Below, piece by piece: positions 11,666 through 25,082 of a stretch of 46,238 nucleotides of DNA; the stretch's first letter is position 1, and the number at the start of each line of letters is the position of its first letter. Source of the stretch: Octopus bimaculoides (lineage: Eukaryota); NCBI RefSeq assembly GCF_001194135.2, contig NC_068988.1, forward strand, positions 63,143,416 through 63,189,653, given 5' to 3'. The notes under the pieces were generated by a model. That model was given only the letters and a program-made list of their open reading frames with translations, did no database searches and was not told the origin of the DNA. Both the position numbers and the translations under genes were made by a program.

Positions 11666-13421
11666 TATACACATACACACAAACAGCTAGCTTCCAATTT
11701 TTCCGCCTCGCGTCCTATACATTTATACTTCTATACAGGGATCCAGAATAAAAGACATACATATATATATATATTTTTTTATATATATTTTACCTACAAT
11801 GATATATATGAATACATCAAAGTTAACACAGATATTTCGAACACATAGAATGGATAAAAGAAGGAACATATGTAAATTAAACATAGCGGAATAGGATGGA
11901 ACAAGAAATACACTTCAGTCCAAAACGAAATATTTGTTACAAATATAAATGAAACGAACTAACATGTTTAATAGACTGTGAATATGAAAATCAAACTCTT
12001 TGTATCATGTTTATTTAGATGGAATAAACATATATTCCCATGCCATTTAATGTGAACAAAACAGTGGTATGCGTTGATTCGCATTTCACTAGATATCTAA
12101 TAATATTGTTATATATATTTCTGTCTTCCATCATACATTTTTGTCTGTTTTCGTTACAATGGATCCAAGTATCTTTATTATGTTTCTTATATGTACTTCT
12201 TTTACTTTTCAAGCAGCATTATTTTAACTATTTAATGTTTTCTTCTGTTCATAATATTTTACAGAAAAAAAAAAAAAGATGCATAAACTGACAGAAATAT
12301 TGAAACATTTAACTTATCAGACAATACAGACATGTTTACATGCAGCGATATTAGTGATTTGTTGAAACAGATGTGCAGATAGCAAGTAAATATCAATGCT
12401 AGTGACGTCATACTAACTCCGCCATCATACGCAAACAAATTGTACTCTTCAGTAAATCTGTATTACTACAACATTTAGCCAAGTCAGTTTGCGCAATTCG
12501 AACCCCGGGCAGGTATAATTATAAAAAAATGCAATAAAATCCGCTCATCAGGACAATTAAGGGTCGCTTATAAACATATACGACATTACTTAGCAAGTTA
12601 TTCAGGATATTAATAAGGAATTTCGTACGAAATACACTTTGATATACTACTCATAACTACTACTGTTCGGAACCTAAATAAAGTATAAATCGTGATTTGC
12701 ATAACCAGCTCTTAGCTTCGTATTAATTACATTAATCTTTTATACTCAAAATGTAACATAGTTTTGCGAATGTTACTGTCTTCTGGGGTTTGGGAAATTG
12801 ATTATATATATANNNNNNNNNNNNNNNNNNNNNNNNNNNNNNNNNNNNNNNNNNNNNNNNNNNNNNNNNNNNNNNNNNNNNNNNNNNNNNNNNNNNNNNN
12901 NNNNNNNNNNNNNNNNNNNNNNNNNNNNNNNNNNNNNNNNNNNNNNNNNNNNNNNNNNNNNNNNNNNNNNNNNNNNNNNNNNNNNNNNNNNNNNNNNNNN
13001 NNNNNNNNNNNNNNNNNNNNNNNNNNNNNNNNNNNNNNNNNNNNNNNNNNNNNNNNNNNNNNNNNNNNNNNNNNNNNNNNNNNNNNNNNNNNNNNNNNNN
13101 NNNNNNNNNNNNNNNNNNNNNNNNNNNNNNNNNNNNNNNNNNNNNNNNNNNNNNNNNNNNNNNNNNNNNNNNNNNNNNNNNNNNNNNNNNNNNNNNNNNN
13201 NNNNNNNNNNNNNNNNNNNNNNNNNNNNNNNNNNNNNNNNNNNNNNNNNNNNNNNNNNNNNNNNNNNNNNNNNNNNNNNNNNNNNNNNNNNNNNNNNNNN
13301 NNNNNNNNNNNNNNNNNNNNNNNNNNNNNNNNNNNNNNNNNNNNNNNNNNNNNNNNNNNNNNNNNNNNNNNNNNNNNNNNNNNNNNNNNNNNNNNNNNNN
13401 NNNNNNNNNNNNNNNNNNNNN

Positions 13422-13468
<47 letters not shown>

Positions 13469-13611
13469 TGGGTGCATTACTCCTGAGTGATGCTAGTAGG
13501 TTCCAGTTACCATGAACAATGGGACATATATCCGATATATATCTGGTTACCATGGCACTTCTTCCAGGTATGCCTACGGTGATGCTTCGCTACAACCCGG
13601 CAACACAACAG

Positions 13612-13815
13612 CATTAGCATGCTGGGCGAAGAGCTTAACGGTATTTCGTCTGCCTTTATGTTCTGAGTTCAAATTCCGCCGAGACAGACTTTGCTTTTCA
13701 TCCGTTTGGGGTCGATAAATACAAATATAGTACCGGTTGCGACCTGGGGTCAATTTAATCGACTGGCCCCCCTCCTCAAACATTTCGGGCTTTCTGCCTA
13801 GAGTAGAAAAGAATA
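13612..13815 (+). mobile_element. SINE family B (tRNA-derived head)
   Basis: cattagcatgctgggcgaa..ggtatttcgtc..ttctgagttcaaattccgccgag..gactttgc.tttcatcc..ggggtcgataaa..ggggtcaatttaatcgac; B-box-like gagttcaaatt; homologous to 38322-38547 in reverse. Confidence 0.85.
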
Positions 13816-14365
13816 ACATGAACTCATTATACTGTCAAAGAATATGCCAGAATATGTGAGAATTCTCTCAGATATTTTATATGAATTTACTAATATCTTA
13901 CAGCCAATACCCTATACCTAGAAAGAATGAATGCACTGTTTCAAATGTTTAGAAATTCGGACTGTTGTAATACAGAGTTTATTACGCTATATTACCTGTA
14001 TGTACGTTATCCTCAGTAATCCGATTTCATTCTGTAAAACGCTTTTTGATCATACTTGATACTTTAAGTTAAAATTTTGATAAGAGTTTTCAAGAAACGA
14101 CGTGAAAAAAAAAAATCATATTGATCTGTGTGAGTAAAATTTGCCTAACTTTTAAAGCCTGTTTCGTATCTTTATCATGGCATATTCTTCACTAGTTTCT
14201 TGTTCCAGTTACATAACTATCAAGACTGAGTGACATAAGCTCAGCTTAATCTTACTGCGCAAGAGATAATATTTTGGTAGGGGTGTGTTCAGTAAGCAAA
14301 TATTATAATTCTGAGCGCAAGTCCTTCGTTCACGACAGCAGAATCTAATATATATGTCTTAGTGT

Positions 14366-14367
<2 letters not shown>

Positions 14368-14438
<71 letters not shown>
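14368..14438. repeat. Compound (TG)n(AG)n microsatellite
   Basis: Direct reading. Confidence 0.95.
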
Positions 14439-14443
<5 letters not shown>

Positions 14444-15218
14444 AACTGAGCGAGAGTTTGTATAAGTGTCTGTCGTCGTGTATTTGTGTGGTGTTGATTT
14501 CGGTCCTTCGACGATGCAGGTTAAATAGTTGAATTTTCTGATTCCGAATTAGGATCTAAAAGATGAGTGTATTCCAATGTTATGGGAACGCATAACGAAA
14601 TGTTATTTCAGTATCACAGGGTGATTGAAAGATCCCTAACTTTCGTTATAAATGTGAAAACCACCCGACGAGCTTTTAGACAGATTTTGTGGGCTGAACC
14701 AAAGCTGTTCAAAATGATATTTGCACAACTTGCCAAGCTCTCGCATCTAAACTCTGCTGATGATTGCATAGCAAACATATTAACCAGTTGCCCAGAATGT
14801 ACCTATTCATACATACAGGAATAGACACAGACATGTGTGGGTATGTGTGTGGATGAATGGATGGATGGATGGATGGATGGATGAAAGATAGGATGAGTGT
14901 GTGACCGTTCTATATGGAAAAATATTTTAAAATTTCGCTTCCTATTCATAATGTCGTAGATGCGAAAGTAGTATTTACCATAGATTCGCGCAGACCTATG
15001 GAAATGTATAGACGAAATTGTTTAGAAAACTGTCAGTTGGATTACAACGATAATTTAGATGCCGTGCCTTGTCAAACCCACTATGTCAACTTGATCCGAC
15101 AAGAGATTTGACTAAAGGATTCACGTGCCTGCTAATACACATACACGTACGTACCAATTTAATTGGCCAGTTTATTCATCAGAACAAACTCTAAACACAT
15201 GGTCAAAATTTCTCACTG

Positions 15219-15249
<31 letters not shown>

Positions 15250-15324
15250 CGTGTGTGTGTGTGTCTCTGCCTGTGTGCGTGCGTGTGAAGACATATGAAT
15301 GTAGAAATTTATATATATATATAT

Positions 15325-15790
15325 ACTCTTTTACTCTTTTACTTGTTTCAGTCATTTGACTGCGGCCATGCTGCAGCACCACCTTTAGTCGAACAAATCA
15401 ACCCCAGGACTTATTCTTTGTAAGCCTAGTACTTATTCTATCGGTCTCTTATGCCGAACCGCTAAGTTACGGGGACATAAAGACACCAGCATCGGTTGTC
15501 AAGCGATGATGGGGTAGACAAACACAGACACACAAACACACATACATATACATATATGCGACGGGCTTCTTTCAGTTTCCGTCTACCAAATCCACTCACA
15601 AGGCTTTGGTCGGCCCGAAGCTATAGTAGAAGACACTTGCCCAAGGTGCCACGCAGTNNNNNNNNNNCAAGGCTTTGGTCGGCCCGAAGCTATAGTAGAA
15701 GACACTTGCCCAAGGTGCCACGCAGTGGGACTGAACCCAGAACTATGTGGTTGGTAAGCAAGTTACTTACCACACAGCCACTCCTGCGGC
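15325..15790 (-). mobile_element. SINE family A, near full length (tRNA-derived)
   Basis: The minus strand begins gccgcaggagtggctgtgtggtaagtaac (A box) ..ctgggttcagtccc (B box), has an internal (TG/TA) tract and ends in a short-repeat tail (aagagtaaaa)n. A 10-N gap lies inside it. Confidence 0.92.
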
Positions 15791-15819
15791 TATAAATATA
15801 TATACACGCACACACGTAT

Positions 15820-15857
<38 letters not shown>

Positions 15858-16542
15858 CATATAGATATATTATACATACATATATACTTCGATCTCTNNN
15901 NNNNNNNNNNNNNNNNNNNNNNNNNNNNNNNNNNNNNNNNNNNNNNNNNNNNNNNNNNNNNNNNNNNNNNNNNNNNNNNNNNNNNNNNNNNNNNNNNNNN
16001 NNNNNNNNNNNNNNNNNNNNNTATATATATATATATAATTTTATAGGTAATCTCCTTCTCGTTATTGTAATATTCGTGGAGGTGTATATGTTTATGCGTG
16101 CGTGTTTTTGAAGGGGTGGGTGTGAATTTGTGTGCCCACGTGTACACACGTTACTGCTTATGTACGCATACATGTTCGTATGTGCCTGCGGGCTAAATCG
16201 ATATGTTTTTAAATAAACCAAAACATAACAATCAATAGATAATCAGAAATTAATGTCGAAATGTCAGTGATTGAATAAAATATCTGAATGCGTTGTTTCC
16301 CATGTTTCAATTTCTCTCTTATGAGGAACGTTACCTGAATATCACGAATTCTTGCTATTTTCTTCTACTTATTGCCACCAGGCGAGCAATCACGTGATAA
16401 TGTCACATGAAAGTTTTTACTCATAATGTTATTCATATCCGCTTCCGACTCCTCAGTCGTAGTCATATTTTCCTATCGTCATACAGGTCGTTAATGCAGT
16501 GGCATTAGTCTTTGATAATTAATATTCTTAAATAATATTATT

Positions 16543-16737
16543 AAGCGAGCTGGCAGAATCTGTAGCATGTCGGACAAGACTGTTTGGCAGAATTTCTATC
16601 GAGTCGAATTTCGAGTCGAAATCCCAACGTAGTTAGTTTTGCCCTTCATCTTATGGTGGTTTATAATGTAACTATATGTCAAATACTTACCTTTCCCCTT
16701 GGAATCGCTGGCCTTGTGCCGAAATTAGAAAGAATCA
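16543..16737 (+). mobile_element. SINE family B, diverged copy
   Basis: gcgagctggcagaatc head; gagtcgaaatccc; tttgcccttcatc; gctggccttgtgcc..aaattagaaa tail. Confidence 0.7.
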
Positions 16738-16974
16738 ATTTTGTATTTGCAGTAATCTGAGTACAAGTACGCACACATGATTGGCTGAACGATCAAGAAA
16801 TTCGATCCTACGAGGTGTTATTTTATTTTCTTTTATCAGTTCCTTTTATCAACCCCTCAATCATAGAAATGAAAGTGTGAGGATAGTAATAGATTGGAAT
16901 CATTTCGTAATGAAAATGTCTATAATTCATTGATGTCTCACTGCTGTACAGTGTCACTCTAATTTTCTTCTTAT

Positions 16975-17357
16975 GACACTCCGTCGGTTACAACGACGAG
17001 TGTTACAGTTGATCTGATCAACGGAACGGCCTCCTCGTGAAATTAACGTGCAAGTGGATGAACACTCCACAAACATGCGTACCCTTAGCGTAGTTCTCGG
17101 GGATATTCAGCGTGACACAGAGTGTGACAAGGCTGGCCTCTTTGAAATACAGGTACAACAGAAACAGGAAGGAATTGTAAGAGAAAGTTGTGGTGAAAGA
17201 GTACAGCATGGTTCACCACCACCACCTTCTGCCGGAGCCTCGTGGAGCTTTAGGTCTTTTCGCTCAATAAAAACTCACAACGCCCGGTCTGGGAATCGAA
17301 ACCGCGTTCCTAAGACCGCGAGTCCGCTGCCCTAACCATTGGGCCATTGCGCCTCCC
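16975..17357 (-). mobile_element. SINE family C, full length with tRNA-like head
   Basis: The minus strand starts gggaggcgcaatggcccaatggttagggcagcggactcgcggtcttaggaacgcggtttcgattcccag (A and B boxes, cloverleaf-like). The core is shared with 7627-7880. Confidence 0.88.
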
Positions 17358-17385
17358 ACTCTAATATTACACACGACTTTATGTT

Positions 17386-17600
17386 TGGCGAGCTAGTATA
17401 ACAGCTCGCTAAGCAAAACTCCTAGAGGCATTTCGTCCACCTCAACTTTCTGAGTTCAAATTCTACCAAGGTCGACTTTACCTTCAATTCTTTAGGCGTC
17501 GAAAAATTAAGTACCAATCGAGTTCTTTTGTCGATTACATCGACTTATCATCTCCCCCGAAATTGCAAGGATTTTGGCAATATTTTAAGCCAATATCATA
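17386..17600 (+). mobile_element. SINE family B, diverged copy
   Basis: tggcgagct..catttcgtcc..ttctgagttcaaattctaccaaggtcgactttaccttc..gcgtcgaaaaattaagtacca..tcgattacatcgactta. Confidence 0.8.
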
Positions 17601-17610
17601 CTCGAGGTTA

Positions 17611-17655
17611 AGGCGGCGAGATGGTAGAATCGTTAGGAAGCCAAGCAAAATGCTT
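17611..17655 (+). mobile_element. SINE family B head fragment
   Basis: aggcggcgagatggtagaatcgttagg..caaaatgctt matches the family B 5' end. Confidence 0.65.
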
Positions 17656-19824
17656 TTATTTTCTCAGCCTTTCCTAAAGGCAAACGTCCATGGGTAGACG
17701 CTCCGATCTACAAGAAGCCAGAGCTACGTAAATATTTTGCAGACTTATTAGACCGTTCCTAGCCAGAATAGAAAGTAAAAATGAAGCACCAACCAGAGAA
17801 AGTTAATTCGAACTTAAACGATTTTTTTACGTAAGAGGGCTAAATATTTTCATAATATCTCGCTAAATGGAAGCAGACCTGCTCGCAGATGTGACTGCAA
17901 GGCAGCTTTCAAATCCTGAACTAATCTTTCTCACACATACGTATAATGTTCTAAAGACAAGCATTGTGCGTACATACCAGCAAGTTTACACAGGTTGTTA
18001 AACATATTTACTTAAGATGCTTGACAACATCTGAGTCATCAAATCTTTCACAAGATTTCATAGTGTAAACATTAACGTTTAATGTTTCACACACACACAC
18101 ACACCTATAAATATATACACGTACATATGCCTGTATGTGTGTGAATGTGTGTGTATATACGTGTGCATGCATTGCCGTCTCTATTCCACATAGTGTGTAT
18201 ATTCACATAACTATCTACCTATCTTCATATTCACACAAACATACGTACATCTACATACTACAATATTTGCCGACATTTAACGTACATCATCCGATGACAA
18301 TCAATACAGGCAGCTATGAAGTACTTGTTATAGTGTGTTAAGATGTACATTCTGCACTTACTTTGTAGATGTAACACCCGATTATAGATCCATTTAACTG
18401 CATCAATTCAGAAAGCCATTGTTGATGCTATTGCTAATGACGATGATGATGATGATGCTATTTTAGTAACGTGTCAAGCTTCATAAATGGGGTATAATGT
18501 CAACGGTGTTAGCGCCATTATTATCTTTGTGTATGCGCGTGTGATTGTTTCTGTATGTCTGTGTGTGTGTGCGTGCTTGTGTGTATATGTTTAGTAATGC
18601 AAAAATCGACAAGCCCCCTTACTTTAAAGGGTTGTATAGAGTATTGTGATGGTTTTGCAGCTATTTTAACAGGTGACACCACTACATCGCTTCTGTCTTT
18701 TTATTATTTTTTTTAGATTCGGATCAATCACTTGTACGTTGTTATGGTAATGTTTACTCAAGATCCCGAAAAAATACAAGACAAAGGAAAGGATCAATTC
18801 CTAATCAATGATGTTACTAATCAATATGCTAGGAATATTTAATATACATTTATCGAATCACGGTAGTCCGCATTAAAAAGGCCTGGTTATATTAAGCAAC
18901 GGAACTGCATATATATAAAAAAAAATGAGGATATGGTTACCATCACTATTATTCTTTTGTCTGGCTTGGTAGATTTGCATATCAATATTTGGTGAAGGTA
19001 ACAATATCTACATAATGCCTGATTTCAGAGTAACTAACTGTCTTTATCTTTATGAAGTAGCGACTGGCGGTTTATTGAGAAATGTAGATATATCGGGTTT
19101 TGACTAATTTCAAATGTTCGATATTTTCTTTAGATTTTATACTTAAGGGGTCTTCTCATTCATTCATATTGAGAAAAGACATAGGATGTACTATTAGCTG
19201 CATTGTTTTGAACTTTCAGTGATATGCATATATATTATATATATNNNNNNNNNNNNNNNNNNNNNNNNNNNNNNNNNNNNNNNNNNNNNNNNNNNNNNNN
19301 NNNNNNNNNNNNNNNNNNNNNNNNNNNNNNNNNNNNNNNNNNNNNNNNNNNNNNNNNNNNNNNNNNNNNNNNNNNNNNNNNNNNNNNNNNNNNNNNNNNN
19401 NNNNNNNNNNNNNNNNNNNNNNNNNNNNNNNNNNNNNNNNNNNNNNNTATGCATACGTGTAACTTCCAATAAGAGTGCCCTTATTTAGTTTGTTGACTCA
19501 CTCGTATGTATATATATATATATATATATATTCGTTAGATTATTTACACGAGGCGAGGCTTCTCTACGCCGTTAATTCAGCGTCAATTTTTTTCGTCATA
19601 TATTCCAGTATATTGAATATGTAAACAGGTAGGCACGAGTTTGGGACTGATAATTAATGTCTGTCTCTAAGAATGTGTATGTGACTGTGGGAAGGCAGAC
19701 AACGGGGCTCCAATGTCGTAGTTGCCAAACAATTCACCTGGTAGAATTAGCAATTGTTATACAAAGAACATAAGCGCATATCTCATCTTTTATCTTGTGT
19801 TCGTTTCATTCATTCATATCACTA

Positions 19825-19985
19825 GGGCAACGACTTGAAGGATTTCTAGTGAAAAAGGACCCCAGGAATTACGTTTTTAAGCGTAGTACTCATTGTATCA
19901 GTTTATTTTGCTGATCCGGGAAAGTAATCACAGCACATTTTTTCAAGTGATGGTCGTGAACAGACACAAAGACACAAACTATATC
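19825..19985 (-). mobile_element. SINE family A, heavily decayed 3' part
   Basis: ccccaggaattacgtttttaagcgtagtactcattgtatcagtttattttgctgatcc..cagacacaaagacacaaac aligns loosely with 15395-15540. Confidence 0.5.
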
Positions 19986-20033
19986 AATCTATCTATACGC
20001 ATACACACGTTATATAATTATATGTGTGTGTAT

Positions 20034-20118
<85 letters not shown>

Positions 20119-20314
20119 CATGTATGTCTACACATACATGTGTATGTATATGTATATGTATATATATATTTGTATATATTTTATATATGTTCATAGATAT
20201 ATAGTTGAAAATGTATTTACATTCGTATATAATGCAAATTACACACATATGTACACACGTACATCTACACATACAGCAATAATATAGTCATATATGTGCG
20301 CCTGTAGGTAGAGG

Positions 20315-20326
20315 GATAAATAGATG

Positions 20327-20386
<60 letters not shown>

Positions 20387-20458
20387 CCTAAGCAGGTAGG
20401 TAGGTAGGTAGGTAGGTAGGTAGGTAGGTAGGNNNNNNNNNNGTAGGTAGGTAGGTAG
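20315..20458. repeat. Compound (GATA)n(GGTA)n microsatellite
   Basis: Direct reading; a 10-N gap lies within it. A similar array is at 30593-30685. Confidence 0.95.
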
Positions 20459-20494
20459 AATGTTACGTAGATAGATAGAGACAGAGAGAGCGAA

Positions 20495-20544
<50 letters not shown>

Positions 20545-21929
20545 AGAGAGAGTAAGAGAGTGTGTAGTGTGAGAAAGGATTAGAGAGAGAGGGAGAGAGA
20601 GAGAGAGAATCATATCATACTGGAAACTGTTATTATCATATTGAATTTCATAAATTGAACTTCAGAGAAGCACTGCAAGTTATAAACTGCTATAACCTCC
20701 ATTTCGAGATGTGAAATAGCAGCCTTGAATAAAATGAAGGACACTTTTATTCTGAGATAACAACAGCTCTAGAATTATGCAAGTCCCAGATTTATATTCT
20801 GTGTTATTCAGTTGGATCAATAGCCAACGAATATTATCAGAATCTTTTGCGACATTTATTCCACCCGAGGTTTACGAAATACACAAAAGGAAGTTAGCTT
20901 TGGTATTTGTAAGTCTATATCTGTCCATGCAAGAAGTCAGCTGCAAGCAATTACTTCCTTTTCATTCATTGAAATCTCGGACTTTCAAATGTGTGATACG
21001 GACAAAAAAAATGCTTGATAAAAAAAAAGGCAAGTCACATGATTCTGGCAATATCTAGAGTGTACAAGTGGTATTTGTTTGGCTGCAATGCAAATGAAGG
21101 AGATTTATTTTCTCAGGGTATATTACCCGATATGTTTGTGTAACTATGTGTGAGTTCGTCTGGATATACGCATATGTGAATTTCTGCAATTATCTATGAT
21201 TCTGGAGTGCGTGAGTGGATGTGCTTTACTTGCTACTGTGTATTGTTATGGTAATCTACAAAAGATTCTTGTTGTAATAGTCTCATGTCGATATTTACAC
21301 TGCTGCATTATATTCACTGACTGTCTATTGGTTTCAAAAATGTATTGCTACGTAGAAGAATCCCATCCACCATAATGAATGATTCTTTGAAAAAGAACAA
21401 AAGCCGTGTCTGTCTCTCCTTTGTAGTGTTTGATTAAGAAAAAAAAAATAAGGTAAAAACAGATAGCCGGCATGTGGGTTTCTTTGACGGTTATAGACTC
21501 ATATAGCCTTGCAAATCAAAGCTGTGTTGTTGTTGACGCCTTCAGAATCCTTGCGCAGAATTAATGAAATGAAGCAATATCGTCTAATGTATTTTACTAT
21601 CAATGGAAATATCTGCTATATCGTATAATGAAGGAATTTGAGGAATATATGTATCAAATAACAGATTCAGATACGAATCTTCTTGGAAATTATCTTGTAA
21701 TTCTGTCAGAGCTAAAAGTTTATGTACGTCGGACCAGGATTTCGTTGCCACTGCTTGTCCTAGTAATTGCATGTATACTTTTTTAACCTCAATGTATATA
21801 TATATAGCTAAAATTTATAGAAAATTTATAGAAAATGGAACAGATGTATGAAAAACAAGCAAGTGTATTAGTTTGACGCTCGAGAAAAATGAAAAAAACT
21901 TGTAGATTTCAGTGGTTAAGCATGGCGAA

Positions 21930-22128
21930 TGAATATGTATGTGTGTGTATGGGTGTGTGTGTGTTTGTGTGAGTGTGTGTGTGTTTGTGCGTGTGTGTGT
22001 GAGTGTGTGTGTGTGTATGTACACCACACACAGATACACACAGACACACAGACACACACACACACATACACACACACATATATATATACATATACACACA
22101 CACACAAACACACACACACACACACAAA

Positions 22129-22220
<92 letters not shown>
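21930..22220. repeat. Compound (TG)-rich / (CA)-rich / (TA)n microsatellite
   Basis: TG-rich at 21930-22020, CA-rich at 22021-22167, (TA)n to about 22215. Confidence 0.95.
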
Positions 22221-22221
<1 letters not shown>

Positions 22222-24885
22222 GTATAATGAATACAAAAGAAAACAGAGAATAAAGTGAAGAAAAACATCAACGCGAGGACGTGGTACATGTAAAGTATCA
22301 ATAAGACGCTCAGAGAAGGAAGGAAAGGCTGTTTTACACTATGAGCAAAGCTCTACTTCAGATAGGGGAGATAGAAGTTAGTGTAAGAGCAAAAGGAAGA
22401 CGGAGGGAAAAAATGAACAATAATCCACATGTGGTTACAGGATGCCATAACCTGTAACCCATGACAGTACATACGTACAGATATACATACATACACACAT
22501 ATATGTGTGTATGTATGTATACGCACACACTCACATACAAGTATGTACACATGTCCATCATCGTCATTTCATCACCATTTGTTTCTATTTATCTAGGCTC
22601 TAATATACTTCATAGTTTTGTTGTTTACATACCAAAGTCAATTTACATTTGTTTGCTCCTTCTGTGTAGCTCACCTTATATAAACTATGCTGAAAATTTT
22701 CAAGGTGGAAGGCCATAACCTGGAACCCGTGACATTAAATTATGGGTTTACGTACCTGCATACATAAATCCATTTGTACAATTTGTACAACAGTCTGTCT
22801 GTATCTCTCGACCAACTAAAAACGCCATCAAACTTCATATCGCATTTCAGCGACTATGAAAGCATAAACTATTATGTTTTCGATATAAACTTTAAAAAAA
22901 TTATTCGTTATGATTGTGATAATTTTGTTGATTATATTTCTGCTAGACAAAATCATTAGCAACAACAATAATCCTTCCTTGGATGTATATTAGCATTGAA
23001 AATAGCAATTATTTTGATTAGTTACTCAGAAGTGGAAAATAGCACGTAAAACTTACTACAACCCCATCTACAGTAGTGAAACCCTTCCGGGAGTAGGAGT
23101 ACCTGATAAATGTATACATGTGTATTTATGTGAAACACAATGGTTAAGATGAATTGAAGTTCCTCTTCAGATATCCGGATCCTAGTTGTAGGGATACTGT
23201 TGTTGCAGCTTTAGCCCTGGGTCAACCAAAACTGGTTAAATTTATTATCAAAATCAATAAAGCTATGATAATACCATCTACAATTCGTGTGACGTTGGAA
23301 ACATCATGGGCTGTAGTTTCCAGCTTGTCTCTCTTTATTTCAAGACAGTTGTATGTGCCTTGAGACAGATTTGACTTCCGAATCTAGATGACCTAGCGAA
23401 CATATGTTTTAATACTGCAAATCTCTGTACTTATATTGCAATTATTTTGTTAGCACTAAGCTATAACTTCATCCATATATATCCAATCTTCTACATTTAT
23501 TTTAATTATAACATTTTATTTTCAAATATTGTCTCTTCTGATTTGTTTTATTTTCTGAATTCTATTCTTTCTAACACTACGTACCAAGGGTTAAAACTTC
23601 CAATTTGTCTCTCCCTAATTTAAGACAGTAAGATATATGCGCTAAGACGAACTGTTATATATAGAAGGTTTAGTAAACATTTAAATGATCTATTCCTAGG
23701 TTGTCACGGAAAACAAATTTGTCAGATGCCGAAAGACTAGAATTAAATAGAAAGCTATTTAATTGAGAAGCTGGTTTTTACGCCCATGAACATTTTATAT
23801 GATACATATAGAATGGTGGTATAAAATACGGTTAGTGAATTTTAATTATACAATCTGGCACACTTTGCCTGTGTAGACAATTTTTAATAGATTGATAAAA
23901 TATGTATTTCAACTAATGTGTAACATTAAACAATTTTAGCAACAGGAATTTTTTTTCTGGGGGGGGGGATATGACGGACACAAAAATTTATTATCTGACA
24001 CTGACTTTTCTATTGAGGGATACATAACTGCTCTTACACTGAATAGTATGGGCATTTTTTTGTGATTAATGCGAGGAGAAAGCATGCTGTCCCTGACCGC
24101 TAGGTCATGGCCTCGAAATAGGTAGTAGGAAATAGGGGGTGGGGTTCTGTAATCTTCATGCAGTCGATATTTTCTGATTGCTTTAATAAACTGGTTTCCA
24201 TCAGACATTCATTTCATTGTACATAACAACTATTCCACTCATAGAGAATCTCCAAACCTTTCACACAAAGAAACGTTTAATGATATGATATAATGCTGTA
24301 TGTAATCCAAAAAAACATGCATTATGGTTTTGAACTTCGAATCACGTGGTGGCGAAAGCATCATCTGAACCACACGACAGTTTCTGTGCTCAATCGACTC
24401 GGTAAATATAGTGTGTCCATAAATTATCTTTTACAATTCCACAACTATTGTCTAGATGCATTGCGTGCAACCAACGAAGAGCAATCGACGGTGTTCTGAT
24501 GTTACTAATAAAATTTTACTTCTTTGCCTACGTTTTCCAATAAACCCTGCTATGTTATCCGTATTTTTTTTTTTTTTTTCTCTGAATTTTTAAAACTGAA
24601 AATGCAATTTATGGATGCCCTGCCATATTATCATTATTAGAAAAGTATAGAGAATAGATCGGTAATAGAAAATAGATTTTGGATAATAGATTTTGAATTG
24701 GAAGTAGTGAAATATTCGATAAAAGTTTTTCTGTCATTTTCATTTCGCTATAATTTTTTCAGCATAAATGATACTTATTTTTCTAAAACGATTTTTTACT
24801 AATTATTCTATTATATTCCGTCCGGGAGAAATAAATGAATTTCATGGACATGAGTAATGTAGAGTTAGAGAAACTATTCTCGCAA

Positions 24886-25082
24886 AGGAGAATCATTAGA
24901 ACGCTGGGCAAAATGCTGGCGTCACGTCATCCTTCTGAGATCAAATTACACTGAGGCTGACTATGCCTCTCATCGTTTCGGGGTTATTAACGTGAGTACT
25001 AGTTGAGCACTGGGGTCGAAGTAATCTACATACACCCTCCCCCAAAACTGCCGGCCTTGTGTCAAGATTTGAAACCACTATC
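24886..25082 (+). mobile_element. SINE family B, diverged copy
   Basis: agaatcattagaacgctgggcaaaatgct..gagatcaaattacactgaggctgactatgcctctcatcgtttcgggg..gagcactggggtcgaagtaatc..ccctcccccaaaactgccggccttgtgtcaagatttgaaac. Confidence 0.8.

Noticed and set aside
12485-12556. Minus-strand CUGAUGA..GAAU with a UUGCGCAA palindrome (hammerhead-like)
   Set aside because: GAAA is replaced by GAAU, there is no convincing stem II or stem I, and the GGTTCGAAT word may be a decayed B-box.
15599-15726. 59-bp perfect direct repeat inside the SINE-A copy
   Set aside because: The two copies (15599-15657, 15668-15726) flank a 10-N gap, the signature of an unmerged contig overlap.
17285-17357. Possible tRNA gene on the minus strand
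   Set aside because: The head continues directly into a SINE body shared with 7627-7880; it is SINE-derived rather than a genuine tRNA.
19595-19635. 20-nt AG..GT interval (19609-19628, YIEYVN)
   Set aside because: Not frame-preserving, no supporting neighbour exon, and such intervals are common by chance.
20393-20458. (GGTA)n as an array of 5' splice-site mimics (AG|GTAGGT)
   Set aside because: An ordinary tetranucleotide microsatellite; no evidence of function from sequence alone.
20777-21790. Moderately protein-like short ORFs (20777-21058 +, 21584-21772 -)
   Set aside because: No recognisable domain, no consistent splice sites, and lengths within chance expectation.
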